NCBI GenBank assembly: GCA_002633005.1
Contig: NMRA01000008.1
Coordinates: 270,156-334,155, forward strand
Source of the DNA: Phoronis australis
Lineage: Eukaryota; Animalia; Phoronida
Length of the DNA: 64,000 nt
Reading direction: 5' to 3'
Positions 36,901 to 49,700 of the stretch are shown here, one piece after another (position 1 is the first letter of the stretch; the number at the start of each line of letters is the position of its first letter). The translations under genes were made by a program, and so were the position numbers. The notes under the pieces are model-generated. The model saw only the letters and a list, made by a program, of their open reading frames with translations. It searched no databases and was not told the DNA's origin.

Positions 36901-37481
36901 GCCACATCAAAAGCATTAACTTCTAACTGGAATAAGCCTTTTGACAGTTGTATGCTGAAACACTGACCAGGTTTTACAACGAATAGTGTCATCTGGCAGT
37001 AAAATGTCTTGGGCTTGAAGACGCAACACGCTACCTTTTGCGTTGGATCATTGCTTACTCTGGAAGTGTGTGCATCAAAATACAGCAAAATCTTTATACC
37101 AATTTTGAACAAAAATAACCGTCAAAATTGGCATTTTCATTTTTCAAAGACACTGTTACGAATGTTCACTGTTTCTCAAAACATTGTCCGATGGTGGTTG
37201 CGGCATGCAAGTTAATACATAAAACCCCTCGTTTTGTACGATTTATCTCTTACGCAGAAACGAAAGCAATAAAATGTCACTTGTCTGCCATATTATGATG
37301 AAATTTCACTTGAGATTCCTTTCCAGTTTCAGGATGGACTTAATAATCATAGAAATCGTTTCGCACTGGTCATTGTTAAGTAACGTGATGTCACAAAGTT
37401 TAAGTTGAAGACACCTTCTGGTTTTTCCAGGAACTGAAGAGGAAACGACTAGCTGGGATACTCTCGTACAAGACTGGATAG
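24079..37481 (+). CDS. FBXO41: F-box only protein 41-like, about 1180 aa, 12 coding exons: 24079-24914, 26821-27013, 28545-28692, 29087-30409, 31134-31369, 31592-31646, 33019-33179, 34117-34266, 35126-35244, 35719-35883, 36457-36569, 37431-37481
   Basis: All introns are GT-AG and phase-consistent once the single N at 33085 is removed. The N-terminal DIPFHCPKCGSTKNFATLLCLQSHLILEHAY resembles the FBXO41/ZNF365 finger. Also present: coiled coil QLQNLSTYLNDAVENETEARGKLEEFITDLIDK, F-box ALFCVFEYLDTRTLLKMATICKLWRNVSRQPALWKQV, and the FBXO41-like C-terminal blocks FLVTISRWCTQ, PKESPEEYESSVRGSLESGLDSLL, CLWLVSNYCRNL, VGPEVLWALGAGC, CWPFVEFLSVGG and IMKDYFP. Confidence 0.92.
26821..27013 (+). CDS. FBXO41: FBXO41-like exon 2 (coiled coil)
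   Basis: cttttag|G CAA CTA CAG ... CTA ATG|gtgagt; phase 2 to 0. Confidence 0.9.
27369..27687 (+). repeat. Dispersed repeat, copy 2 (copy 1 at 7048-7353)
   Basis: Same shared blocks in the same order. Confidence 0.8.
28545..28692 (+). CDS. FBXO41: FBXO41-like exon 3 (Ser-rich linker)
   Basis: ttgccacag|CAT AAA ... ACA G|gtagga; phase 0 to 1 fits both neighbours. Confidence 0.8.
29087..30409 (+). CDS. FBXO41: FBXO41-like exon 4 (1.3-kb, S/K/N/E-rich disordered region)
   Basis: Contains the 426-aa ORF; ccattccag acceptor and AAA G|gtaatt donor; phase 1 to 1. Confidence 0.85.
31134..31369 (+). CDS. FBXO41: FBXO41-like exon 5 (F-box motif)
   Basis: LSDALFCVFEYLDTRTLLKMATICKLWRNVSRQPALWKQV; gttgtag acceptor, AAG|gtaaga donor. 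Confidence 0.92.
31592..31646 (+). CDS. FBXO41: FBXO41-like exon 6
   Basis: ttctcttccag|TTT CTT GTG (FLVTISRWCTQMTCLTLQ) ... CAA G|gtttgt. Confidence 0.88.
31685..32182 (+). mobile_element. Non-autonomous DNA transposon (MITE), CAGGGCTTGGAAT TIRs, hAT-like
   Basis: Perfect 13-bp TIRs; flanks CATATA/TATATA; highly similar to the inverted copy at 54683-54942. Confidence 0.85.
33019..33179 (+). CDS. FBXO41: FBXO41-like exon 7 (contains an extra N at 33085)
   Basis: Reads DLMPRRRYPKESPEEYESSVRGSLESGLDSLLRVSQDTLQTVTLEDCGSLLSER once the N is removed. Confidence 0.88.
33284..33622. repeat. Inverted repeat with arms of about 110 bp enclosing a retroposon-like 3' tail
   Basis: aactatttgtttaaagcttgatac...gagacataacaaacaaacaa is mirrored at about 33510-33622; the loop carries a minus-strand stem-loop followed by (aaat)n. 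Confidence 0.75.
34117..34266 (+). CDS. FBXO41: FBXO41-like exon 8 (LRR-like)
   Basis: CLWLVSNYCRNLKSLCYVSDYDTVGPEVLWALGAGCDSIRRLNIHPLYP; ttgcag acceptor, gtaagt donor. Confidence 0.92.
35126..35244 (+). CDS. FBXO41: FBXO41-like exon 9 (LRR-like)
   Basis: QNPSKFTPQCVRQITQCWPFVEFLSVGGPSVDVASLTAV; ccttacag acceptor, gtatgt donor. Confidence 0.9.
35719..35883 (+). CDS. FBXO41: FBXO41-like exon 10 (LRR-like)
   Basis: AKSCLNLRELHLWNVPKVTVQTIKSVLTSGGGLKSLHTLKMASTAVEPAALVLLA; attctag acceptor, gtaaag donor. Confidence 0.9.
36105..36170 (-). mobile_element. tRNA-derived SINE head fragment
   Basis: Minus strand gtgtaagtcagtggttgcacaccggactcc...gactcgggttcaagttc. Confidence 0.4.
36457..36569 (+). 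CDS. FBXO41: FBXO41-like exon 11
   Basis: DLCPALEVLDVHIIMKDYFPNSSNKNSKEFTVITNELK; tttcag acceptor, gtatgg donor. Confidence 0.88.
37431..37481 (+). CDS. FBXO41: FBXO41-like terminal coding exon
   Basis: tttttccag|GAA CTG AAG AGG AAA CGA ... GGA TAG (ELKRKRLAGILSYKTG*), similar to the basic FBXO41 C-terminus. Confidence 0.85.
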   Translation, partial: ELKRKRLAGILSYKTG

Positions 37482-38190
37482 ATGTGAGGTCCAACTTTAC
37501 TTCAGCATTGCAAACGAGTCCCCGCGAGAGGCCTACCTCACAAGTGCTGTTGATAGTGAGGCTGTTAGGGTCTTCGCAGAAGTGGAGCATAACGTACGTG
37601 AATCCCATCCAAACGCGCCGTGGCTTGCAAACCCCAATATTGATAGGATCTAGTCTGTCTGCGAGCATCGCCAACCACTTAGTGTGGAAAGGTTATTGTC
37701 CGATTCATTATACTAGCATAAAAGTCAGTTAACAAGTTTTTGAAAGAAAAAATACACCCGTACTTAGAATTTTTCTATTGATGTGACGAGTTCTGCAGAG
37801 TACTTCTGTCAAGTGCAGTGAAACGACAAGTTATAAAAACATGTGGCCTTGGGCAATTGTTATTACTTGTGATGATTATGGAGAGGTGTCAACCTCACTT
37901 TTCAGATTTCGCACCCCATTTTTTAAAAATTATTCTCAACAATTTGGCTTGGGGAATGTAGTGAATATTCTTGCAAATGACGATAGGCTTGTGTATTTAG
38001 TTCAAGACTTATTACATTTTTTTAGTTGCGAACCGTACTATGGTATTGGAACATTTTTAAGATATTTTTTGTGTCTGGGTTGTATAATGCAGTATGTACT
38101 GTTAGTGCACTGTAGTTAACATTTACTTTAGTTGCTCAGCAAATCCTATTCCTCAATGTTTCTTTTGTACTAATGGAAAGCACAAGACAT

Positions 38191-38237
38191 AATAAAACTT
38201 TACTCGTAACTGGGTGTTTTTAAATTAAGTTTTTATT
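38191..38237. terminator. Convergent polyadenylation signals (AATAAA + at 38191-38196; AATAAA - at 38232-38237)
   Basis: Two canonical hexamers face each other between the FBXO41-like and ABLIM-like stop codons, each followed by U/GU-rich sequence on its own strand. Confidence 0.6.
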
Positions 38238-39735
38238 GGCAAATCCTTAGCCCAGTGATACAAGCTAACTTATTTATCACAGTTCAACATGCGAATAATG
38301 AAAACTGGTGCTCCGAATTGCAAAAAAATATAAGTACACTTAAACCTGCCTCACATGGCCACACTCAAAGTCGATCCTGCCTTAACCCAGACAGTCCTAC
38401 AATATGTTTCTAGTTCATACAGTTGGCGGTTCAGACAAGTTCGATTTCGCCTTACTAAGCCAAAACCTGTTGCATTGGACCTACGGTACAAGCTCTGTAT
38501 CTGACGAAAAGAACAGTACACCAAACTGTAATCAGGTTTTATAATGAACCAGTAAATTGTGTAACATCACATCAAAGAAATCTAACCTCTACATCTGTAT
38601 GTCCAACACCATGCATTGTTCATTACCAACACTGGTAACAAGTATAGCACTTTTGAATAAATAATAATGGAACAAAAACATTGAAGCAAACATTTAATGT
38701 TGTTTGATTTAACTTTTTACGCTAATAATAACGAGTCTTACTCTCAAATTCTTAAATCTAAATTCCACAAAATTTACAGTAATCTCTAAACCCTGTTTGC
38801 AGTTGAAGCTTGCGTCGAAGATGGACTTGGAGTCGCAAAGGTTTCTTTGGATACAGGGCACACAGAAAAAACATAACCGTGCAATGTCAGTATTTCAACA
38901 AGTGATGGAGAAATGTAAAACCCAAATACAACTTGCAATAACGGGGTAATTTTGCACAAAAGTAATTGCTGAAAATATGCTTCGACTTTTCAACAGGCGA
39001 TTGTAAGTGCACCCCTCAAACTTCCAACTATAACATTAACACCAGTAATTTCAAATGCAGTGAATGGATGCAGGGACCACACAGATGAACAGCTATAATA
39101 TAACCGTTGTCAAATAGTATAATACAACCGTTGTCAAATAGTAAATGTCAATCAAAAATCATAACGTGGACACGACACCCCGGTTTTACCGAGATGAAGG
39201 CTTTAAGAACGAGTCATCATACTGTGGTAGAGTTTGAACTGAAGTCGTACGACATCCAAGACAACCGTCAAACTTGCCATGGTCCCCCAAGGTGCTACAA
39301 ACCTCAACCCAACCCAAACTAAAACTGTAGTCTAGCACCGATGTACAAAAAGTTCGGTGAGGTATTTGAGTAGAGTTAATGAAGGACTCTTCAAAATCTC
39401 ACAAAAACTTGCGAGTCCTACAACTAGGATATTTCAACTGTTTCCATGACAACGAGGCTTAGGCATGCGGTTTAAGTCTGGGTTGCTACTTAGGATCGCT
39501 ATCAACATATCGTTACAGGTGCCATACATACTGATGCTGAAAGGACTGGCATAAGCAGATAATGTGGTTTAATTAGTTCAGCAATACATACAATAATAGC
39601 CGAGTTCTTCACTCAGATTTTGATTTAATGCACATCAACCATTTTGCACAGCTAAAGAATCTCAATGAACGGAAATCCCTGTGAACTTAAAGAGGTCATA
39701 CGTTGACATGGTTCATAGCTCTTGACACCATCAGG

Positions 39736-39761
39736 TAATAATAATAATAATAATAATAATA
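39736..39761. repeat. (TAA)n microsatellite
   Basis: Direct reading. Confidence 0.9.
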
Positions 39762-41994
39762 CCGTAAACATTCTTTACAGCAACAACAAATAGGTGATAT
39801 TTCAGTTTTATGACATACAATGCAAAAACAAAAAACAAACAAAATGAAAGCAACGGTACGAAACCATACTAACGCACAAAAATCGCGTAAATTTTCTCCT
39901 TTTCAGGTTCAGGCATGTGACGAAAACTTCATTAAAACCTGAACCTCATTTAGAAATCAGTTGAGCCAACAGTAGACATGTTCAGGCTGTCCATTGAGCA
40001 CCTTAAGTTACATGTGTACAGTACTTGGACATTCAGCATGTTTTAAACTACATTTTCGTCACTACGGCATTATTTGCTTTCAGGTTCTTTAAAATCAACC
40101 GTCTGCTTTTATTCGAGGGCAAAGAATAGACAAATTTACACCCACTGCAATACATAAGAAAAAGCTAGCAGAACCGACAACAGTCATTGTCCAAGGACAC
40201 TGTAGGCTTTAGAATTTCATACCTCAGTCATTCGTGAAAAGTGGCTCAAGACAAGTCAAAATTTGGGTCTTGCGCTCTCACTTTCCAACTACCAGATAAA
40301 TGTTTAGCCATGTAATTATTAATACATAACAGCTCAGAAATAATTTGTAAACATTATCTCATAAACTAGCTGCTGTGGGTACATTGCATGAGACTGGACT
40401 TTAGCAACTCAACTTTGGTTGATCACAATTTATGATAAAAGAGCTTCATGTGAATTGAATCAAACATTTCCATGAACTCACGTTAATGGTTGAAATAATT
40501 TTCATGCAAGTTTTATCACCAATCCTGGTGATTTATGATGATTTCTTATCATGGCAATGATAAATGATGCAAGAGTTTTCTTTAAAAGGATACCAAACCC
40601 GGCTTTGGTCCATTAGCAGATACGAAAAAATGACATTCTCATTCAATGCTCTGAAACAAAATAATGCTCTGCAAGCTTCAACAACCCTCAACAGTTTGGA
40701 GGAAAATTTGAAAATTCGTTTCAAAGTCTTTTAAATGAGCATGCGTGACCAACGCTTTTAGCAACTTACAAGACAACTGTGGGGAAAACCAGCCACCAAT
40801 GACCGTAATATCCACTTTGTGAGATAGGGAGTATCAGTTTTTAGTCGATCTTTAAAGACTGACACCAACGATACATTAGCAGGTGAAGGATTGGTAGAAA
40901 TCACAAGAACAGGGTTTAGTACCCTTTTAACTGAAGATCATTGATCACGAGCCTGGTATGAATTCATACTAACCAAAATGGGGTTGTACACCTGGTCAAC
41001 AATGCAATATACACAAATTTGAATTGAACCAGTTCAAGCGCCTAATATCCTTCATCAACAATTTCACTTTCACATTCATGCGCACCACAATCCCTTTCAA
41101 TGGCTAAATATCATTTTACGCCAGGAACTTGACGTTAACTATTGAAGTCGTATTTACGAGCATTTATGTGCTTCATCTCGTCCAAAAAGAAGCATGAGGG
41201 ACAAAGATAAGATGAAATAAGAAAATTGCATCCACCTCAATAACGTAGTTCTCGAGTACTCCGTAACGTCGAAAATAAAACTTCAACTGTAAACACCAAA
41301 GCACTAATGTCATCTACAAAGTGCCCCAAATTACGATGTGGTTACGTTCTCACAGAACCATACTAACTGGAAAATACTGCAGTAAACCTCAACCGAATTT
41401 TTTACAAGAAAACTTATTTCTGATCTTAAGCAAGGCTGCTAGAAGCCTCATCTCTTCCTCCAATCTTTTAAGGTACAGACATCCCATATACCGAGCAGAC
41501 GGTAAATGAATCTTTTTAAACCCTTCAAGGACATTGTAATAGTAAACATCAGACGTACAACTCTCCAGTGTTAAGAAAACACGAAAACAACTACCTCCCA
41601 ATCCAAATTTTGCTGGTCAAGATAGGCGAAAACGAAATGTAATTTCTTTAAGTCACAGATGTTTCGTGAAGCTGAACTTCATGTTTGAATCATTTGTGCA
41701 CATTAATGGTGATTTAACACCATGACGGTTGCTAAAAAAATTGAAACGCGCCGTAAAATACCACCATCGCCATCCACAACACAGGATTTGTAAGAGAAGC
41801 TCGACATTTGTCCAACAAAACCTCTTTTGTCATCTCGCCACACGGCTTATTTCGACAACTTGGTGCTATAACAACAAATGGTCATAATAACTCGACCCAT
41901 CAAAAGCTGGAGACTCCTTGTACGTCTACAAGCCACTCTCGTCACAATTTACTGGACACGATGGGTCTTCCGCAGCGGTTTAAACTGGCAAGCA

Positions 41995-42108
41995 CTAGAA
42001 CAGGTCATGCTTTTTCTTCAGGTCGTTTCTCTTCCACTCGGGCATCCTGTAAAACTCTTCTCGTTTCACGTTAAATATTTGCTCAAATTCTTCAGTTGAT
42101 AGGTGTCT
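41995..42108 (-). CDS. ABLIM: ABLIM-like terminal exon (villin headpiece C-terminal subdomain)
   Basis: [37 protein letters not shown]; tttcag acceptor. Confidence 0.95.
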   Translation of the reverse strand, partial: RHLSTEEFEQIFNVKREEFYRMPEWKRNDLKKKHDLF

Positions 42109-43678
42109 CTGAAATTATACCAACAGCATCGTCAATACGTTATCATGGCAATTCTTGCACAAGTAATAGTTATCTTACCATTTTTCAAAGTTCAATTACT
42201 GCTAAAATTCACCAAATGTTATTTCATGATATCTACACACTGCAAACCATGCTGGTAATAGTTATGGTGCGTGTTTTTTTTTTTTGAAAATAGAGTCAGT
42301 GGTGCAGTGTTTTCTTAGTTGCTGACATTTTCAAAACAGAAAATCCTTCTGAGATGAGCAAAAATGATACGGGATTTGTTTTCCCTTTTACTCACCTCCT
42401 GGCAAATAAGGGCGCTACAAAGCTTGCTTACATGCCATTGTGATGCATTTCAAAAAAATACCAAATATTGATAGAAACTGATACGTGTGGGCACTCAGGG
42501 AGTGCAGGTATCAAAATGAGTCTGGGTACAGGTCAGAACCAACTACACTTGTCTTTTTTTGGCATAATCTCTACCTTTTGTGAAGAAATTCAACAAATAG
42601 AAGTGAAGATTTACAATCACGTGTGTAACGTTTTGCTCGTTTCATTGGTTCATCGGCAAAGTACCTCGGACTGGTTATTTCTTTAAAACAGGCGCACAGA
42701 AAACATTTTGATTAAGACCCGACATGGCAGACAACTGCAATTTTACTTTGTCAAATTTCTCAACCAAAATAACTCACAAGAGCCTTTTACTGTGTCCTCA
42801 CCATGGTGTCCATGGTATTGGTGTCGTCAAAGAATATTTGGTAAAATTTAAAGCTTTTGCAACAATTTAGTATGCTTTCGAGAATTAGAAAAATGGCGAT
42901 TTTACCAATTAGTTTTACTGAAAATTGAAGATTTTTTAAACCCACATGTAAACATAAGGGCCTGTATTTGAAACGTTTTCCGAAAGAAGATCCATCGGCT
43001 TACATTTGATCGGGAGAATATTTCCACTTCCTTTGTAATAACGCTATTAGCTAAAACCTGACGCCAAGTTTCTGCATTTTTTATCAAAAATCAAAACAAC
43101 ACACTGCACTCATCCAAGAGCCACTAAGTCGGCTATTTGATGGGTAAATTTGCTCAACGTTTTCATTGCATTCAGCAATGTTCATGCACACTATCCAACA
43201 ATGGCGCTCACCTCCAGTGTATCTCTATCATAGCCTTTAGGGGGCACTCCGTCGACACACTTCAAGTCTTCATATGGCACGGCCTGTAATAGAAAGATGG
43301 ACGAAATCAGTCGTACCTCTAGACGAAGATCAAGTATGCAACCAGCCGACAGGCACGTCACACTTGCAGTAAGCAAGCTCACGTCACACAGCTAGTAAAA
43401 CAAGCCTACGTCGCAGGAGAAATCGACCAATCTCGACATTACTCTTACAACGGCACGGGAAAGTTGGACTCACGGCTTTTCAAAACCATGCATACAAATA
43501 CTTGTACAATGCCAATCTTTTTGTCCTGAGTCGAAACAAGTCGCACGCAGATTAACTCACTCGCAATGTGGCTACAAATGTTGGGAAATAAAAAATGAGA
43601 ACTATTTTCAAGGGATTCAGATCAATTAAGGCTTGCTCAATGGTTCCTACTTTATGTCTCACACGCACACGCGCACAC

Positions 43679-43719
<41 letters not shown>

Positions 43720-46700
43720 CAGAAACACACACAGCTCAACTAAGTTGTTCACACAGATAAGTTCAAGAGTTGTACACAAAACATGAATCATTTCAAATAA
43801 TAAAAAATTAGCGCTTCTATTTCCAAACACTGGGAAACCACACCAAATCTCCACACAACCAAAGTTCACAGTCACATATTGCTAGCTAACAACATCAGAT
43901 ATCAACCAGTGGTCGGACCCATGATCACTCGTAGGGCTTTGTGCAATATATGAACCCCCAGCTGAGGCAGTAACTGAGGCCATAAGACTGAGAGGATTTG
44001 CTTGCTCCGTTCATACATGTATGTTGAGTAACATGACTTAAACTCTGACCTCCATGTTTACTCATGGATGCGACCACTGAAATGTTTCCACTACCTCGAA
44101 AGTAGTATTAAAAAGTTGAGACGAAGTGACATTTACCATAGCGGCTCATCAAGCAGGACGGCTAATCCTTCTCACCTGTTCAGGCTCTTTGGACATCGCC
44201 TCTCGTTTTTGCGAGAGGGACATATAGGATTTCCTTTTCCTGTCTAGGGCGTGGGTGGCTAAAAATGGCGGACCGTCGGAAATCGACGAGCTTCTCATGT
44301 TATCTCGCTAGCAGATGAGAGAGTTAGAGGAGGATAGAGACATGCATGAAAGTAGGCAACAACATCAATTTGACTGACATAGAAACGGGCATGAAAAACA
44401 AAAACACTGCACAATTAATCACAAATTAAACATGTTTTAGGGAACAAAAACAAAAAATGAACTTCAGTATTTCCACAAAATGTTGCCAGAATGTGTTTCC
44501 AGCTGCTGAAAATTTGTTTGCAAATGACAAAATATTTAAGGTTACGAACTTTATGAAACATAAAATTCAAACCAAAGCAAAACAACAGATTTTACAGCCA
44601 TAAATGTCAACCAAAAGTGAACCAATCATCAACTAAATTCAAGCAAAATAAAACTACCAAATAAAACGAGCAAGAATGACTTTAACGCTACATTGAATTC
44701 CACTCTACCTTTTCATGAGAGCTCAGTGCGAAGGCAATCCAATGAACTTGAGCACAGCATAGTCTTAAAAATTGTTTGGTCCTCTCAATGAAATTCGAAG
44801 CAAGCAACAATTTTTACGTCTGTAATTCACACATTTACCAAATCAGTCGCTTTTCTCAGGTAACTGATGTTGCGACGGGACTATTTACCTGAAATGAGTA
44901 TCCTGATGCTTCCGAGTACGTGGAAAGGCGACTGGTAGCGTTACGCTACACGGACATGCAAAATAAACACATGCGGTTAACAGCCACAGACACATAAAAA
45001 GGTGGAATACAAAAGCACGACATAAACATGCTTGGGGTGTAGACTAAACGAGCACCGGTTATGAAACAAAACCACAGAGGAGGCAACAATATAGGGTAGG
45101 AATAGAGAGACCTTTGTCTCAGAAGCGTATGGCATACAATCGATCAAGACAGTTTCGTTACAAGCTGCGTTTTCAAAAGGTATTCATCAGCGACACACAC
45201 ACACACTCAAGTGCAAACACAGCAAATCATGTCAACCAATAACAATCGATTAACAACCATCTACCACAGCACATCTCATCAACATATTTGCACAACTCAT
45301 TAACATATTTGCATCAAGCCAATATTCATCCAAACCACAATGACGATTCCTTAATTTAGACATTCTTTAAATGTAACATGGGAGTCAGTCAGAGACGAGT
45401 TGAAATGTGCACAGCACTTCATATTATTTCAAAATTTCAATTTACACTTCTTGACGACCACGACAGCCTCATTTGACTCAAAATCACAGATGTGAACCCA
45501 AATTTTAAAGCTAATAATTTTCCATGTCCAACATTAAGCAATTCTCACTTTGAAGAGTCTCAATCAACATCGCGTCCAACAGAGACCATTCGAGATTGAA
45601 AGAATCGTCATTACTACAACAAACAGGGCTGTTCTGGCATAGCTCAGCAAAACTTACAACCGTAATATCTTGCCAATTTCAAACAGAGATAATTGCAAAA
45701 TTGAGCTTTGTCTATTTTTCAGTGGGTTCTTGCAAAGTTGTGAATGTTTGCAATTTCTCAGTGGTAGCTAATGGTAGCTATGGCTTGAAATGACGAAACA
45801 TTTATTTGTTGCAAAGCATTCACTTGTCCGCCGTACTGTGTACAGAGTACTGTTCCAAGAAACTGACTCAAGTTTATTTTAGACTGAACTTCAAGATTTG
45901 TCCCAACTACCAAACTTTGAAATTTCCGCATCCCGTAAGTTAGTGAAACTTCAGACAATACTTAGTCAAAAACTAAAGTCAAACTTAAGATCACCTTTTT
46001 GGACCGGACATAAAACAAGTGAAGTTTTACCTTAAAACTGAACCAAATTCAAGGTTTGTCTTAGCCAAGTCAGTTTTCTTGGAACGTTCGCCTGAACTGG
46101 TGAGATTTTACCATATTATTTCAATAATAAAGTTTTACTTTGAAGCGTATGCAACTCATAACAACTTCAACACTTTCTCCATGCAACAGTCAACGCAACG
46201 CTGCAACTTCAACAGTATAACAATACCACTCACCTTGAATGTGTCGGGATCTAACGAAGCACTCAAGTGCATGTCTGAAACAGAGAGAAAATTCAACGTT
46301 GTATCAAAATCGCACCAACGTCAGTTCAAACACAAGTACCTACACTCCACTCACATATGACCGTAGTTTTCCAAAAGAGCAGATGAAACACATTCTCAAA
46401 GAAATTTTTAGCAAAAAATCTGCTTTGTTCATACAAGCAGAGTCTTTTTTCATATGTGAACAATGAAAAAGTGTCGTGCGTTCAACCAATTCTGTATAAC
46501 CGAAAACTTACTCCCGAAGTACAGCCATATGGTTCTCACCATAACTTTGATGACAACACAACACTTCTTTTTGTGACACGCCTGTCAGAAGACGCAGCCT
46601 ATGTTAGCCAGTTGCTAAATTTAGTACATAAAGTACACATCAAGAGTGAGTCGAAATGTTCAGTTCAGAGCTGTATTCAAGTGAATTCAATCCCACAATG

Positions 46701-49700
46701 CAACACTTCAACCTCACCGACATCACTTCAGTGGTCATCATTTTGCTTGTAGTAAGTTAGTAAAATCCCGAGCACACTCGCAAACACTCGCCTTTGACTC
46801 TTGTGATTTTGTGAGAAGTTGCAAGATTTTGTTTTTCTCACAAAAAAACTTGGCCTATGGGACGCTACCCTGGTCCGTCAAAGAGACAGAGAGCATCAGT
46901 CGAAATTCCTTTAATGTGCTTTAAACACGCCTTCTGTCAAAAATTTATTTTTGATTTATTGCACCTACAAATATCAAGCTGTTCCTTTCTCAGAATGGAA
47001 ATGGTTCAGGGTCTTGGGAACAGATTGTAACTTGCTCGAGGCCCGGGTCAATAAGTAAGTTTGAGCACAAATCCTGGACTTGATTTCCCTGTGGTGTATT
47101 CAGATCTGTTAAGGAATTCCCCCAATGTTAGAGAATCCCCGTTATTGTTTTTGTCGTTTTATTCTACAACGACAGAGTTTAGCAGTTTGAGCAGGTGCCA
47201 TTTTATGTTCAGAACAGGCTCATGAGCAATTAAACACTAACCGGTCCTTTCAAGCCCTAATGCAATTTCTAACCAGAGAAAAGGACAGATTGAGACCAGT
47301 TAATCAATTGATGGTTACTTTCCACCAAAACCAAAGTCTAGGACCATCACAGTTTACTTGAGGAGGAACTCGAAAATGACCAATCACAAAGCATGAAACT
47401 TAAGTTTACTGGAACCGTCTCACACGATTGGTAAATTCAGGAGTTGAGTCCCACACGTCGTTGTGTACGGAAAAATCTCAAATTTAGAACACAACATAGC
47501 CGAAAAGCGGAATTTCATTTTCTTACATTTTTCATGCAAGATTTGTGAGCATAGTGATGCTTTGCCATGTTCAAGTCTTGCACCAAAGCTAAATGTGAAG
47601 ACTTGAGGACACCTATTGGCAATTCTGGCAACTATTTTTGAACAAAATGGGCAAAATTTTCCCTTAGCACTGTATCCATTACCTCGCCACTTGCGCTCCA
47701 GTCTATCTAGGTCACTGTACGACTTGACACAGGGACCTTCATCATCATCACTGTCTATTGCACTTCCATTCTACAACCAACAACAGGGATAGTTACAACA
47801 CATATTTGTTGATCGTAAATAGACTAAAGGTTTTCGAAGATGGGCAAACTTTATAATTTGCAGTCACATCACCATTTGCCTTTGAAATGTATTTAGCATA
47901 TCTTTACCATTAACTTTTATTGATAACAAAAAATTTAAGACAATCGCAGGCAGACCTACAACAAGCCTTTTTAGGAGCACTAAGAATAAATGCTTGCAGA
48001 ATAAATCAAATTTTTAAAACAATTGAATATGCGAGTTTACTAACTCATGTTCAAAGCAGCATAATATTCAAAATTCCTTGTAGGGAATCCAACTAACGTA
48101 AAAATACAGTGATGTCTCAGTAATCCCCAACTCAGACAAAAACACAATGCCCCACTTTGCAACAAGCGCTAATGCAGGTGTAGACGTCCAACCCCCTTAT
48201 AAGAACATTTTTTCACTGTAACTATAAATGGGAGAATCTAAAGCATCATGTTCAATAACTCCGGCACCCCTTGTCAAGATACTGTGACCCCACCTGGGTG
48301 TACTTCAAGCATTTCATCCATCTACGTACATGTGTAAGGTAAGATCCATTAGTTCCCACGCCCACAGGAAGCGTCGAAGACTTGGACCGGGTTTTACCAA
48401 GGCCCTCGGTATACCCTGGTCGAACTGAAAGGGGATAGCAAGCACAAATGATAACCATGTCACCAAGACGGCAACTCAACTGCTATGTTGTTGAAAATAA
48501 AGGCAGTAAGATGATTCAGTTACAGGCCACAAGATCAATGAAAAAGAAAAACGACAGCGTCTTTGGTGAATAAATTAATGTAAAATGTATAGAACATATT
48601 TTCTAAGCTCAACAATGATGCTTTTGGAATAAAATGAAACGTTTCCCAAATGTTTTGTGTACAATTTCAACTTAAATTTGAATCTCAATCAATTACAAAC
48701 TGAAACATGGTCGCCAAGTTCTCATGACTAGGCCATTATAATGCACACAAAATTTCAATTGAGAAATCAACTCAGAAAGATGAAGCATCTTATTGATCAT
48801 GTCATACAATGCCACATGGTGCAAACCACAAAGCCGTTACAAACAAAGAACGTTTTGATGGTAGAGCCACTCTCGGTGCCTCAGATTCTGAGAACCAGAT
48901 TCCTCCATTGAATAACAGGCATCGAACTGGTTCTCAAAATTCTGGACCCTAACAACATTGTTGTAAATAAGTTAAAAATCCTTTCTGTATGAAAGACACA
49001 CAGAAATGACAGCGGGGCAGTATACCACGCAAAATGATAAACATGCAAGGTTTTTCAGTATGGTAATGTGACATTTGACTGTGATTTAGTGCTACAAGCA
49101 CGAGTTACGAAAAAAGACAAGTAGACTTCAAGACCAAATAAGGCGAGGATAACGGTCGAAAATAACACCATCTATCATATGTTTGTTCTGCTTTATGAAA
49201 GCATAACAAAAATATCACAAAATCATTGACTTTCAACCAGGTCCATATGCTGCTTTTGAGACCCCAAATCACTGACATGGGGAATGCCATGGTTTTATCA
49301 TTTACATTTATTTGCTCAGATTTCTTTTAGGATTGTTATAGTAACTTCAAATGTTACTCTTGAATTATATCAAATGAACACAGAAAAATCAGGAACCCAA
49401 CTATGAGACAAACCTAATTTTTAGACAATAGAACATTTCATCGATGTAATACCATATTAGGTAAATATGGCACATTGTAAATTAAGATTAATTGGTAGAT
49501 ACTAGACAGCATTTAGTAAAAAAATATTACTTTTTTCAGCAAATAAACGTTTTCATGTTAGACATTAGTTATTAACATCTCATAAGTGTTTTCTATAACA
49601 TGCTATATCAATTTCACGAAGTAACGTCAAAACTAACAATAGACTTGTCCTTCCACCTCTCATTATCCACAGATATTAACCATTCTTTATTCATTCATAA

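Noticed and set aside
43552-43875. ORFs with CVCVCV / THTHTH runs
   Set aside because: These are translations of the (CA)n microsatellite.
46719-46746. Apparent ABLIM-like microexon (tactaac branch point, KMMTTEVMS, gtgagg donor)
   Set aside because: It lies inside a dispersed repeat also present at about 7750 and 54000, and its phase does not fit. Exon 46234-46274 resolves the frame instead.
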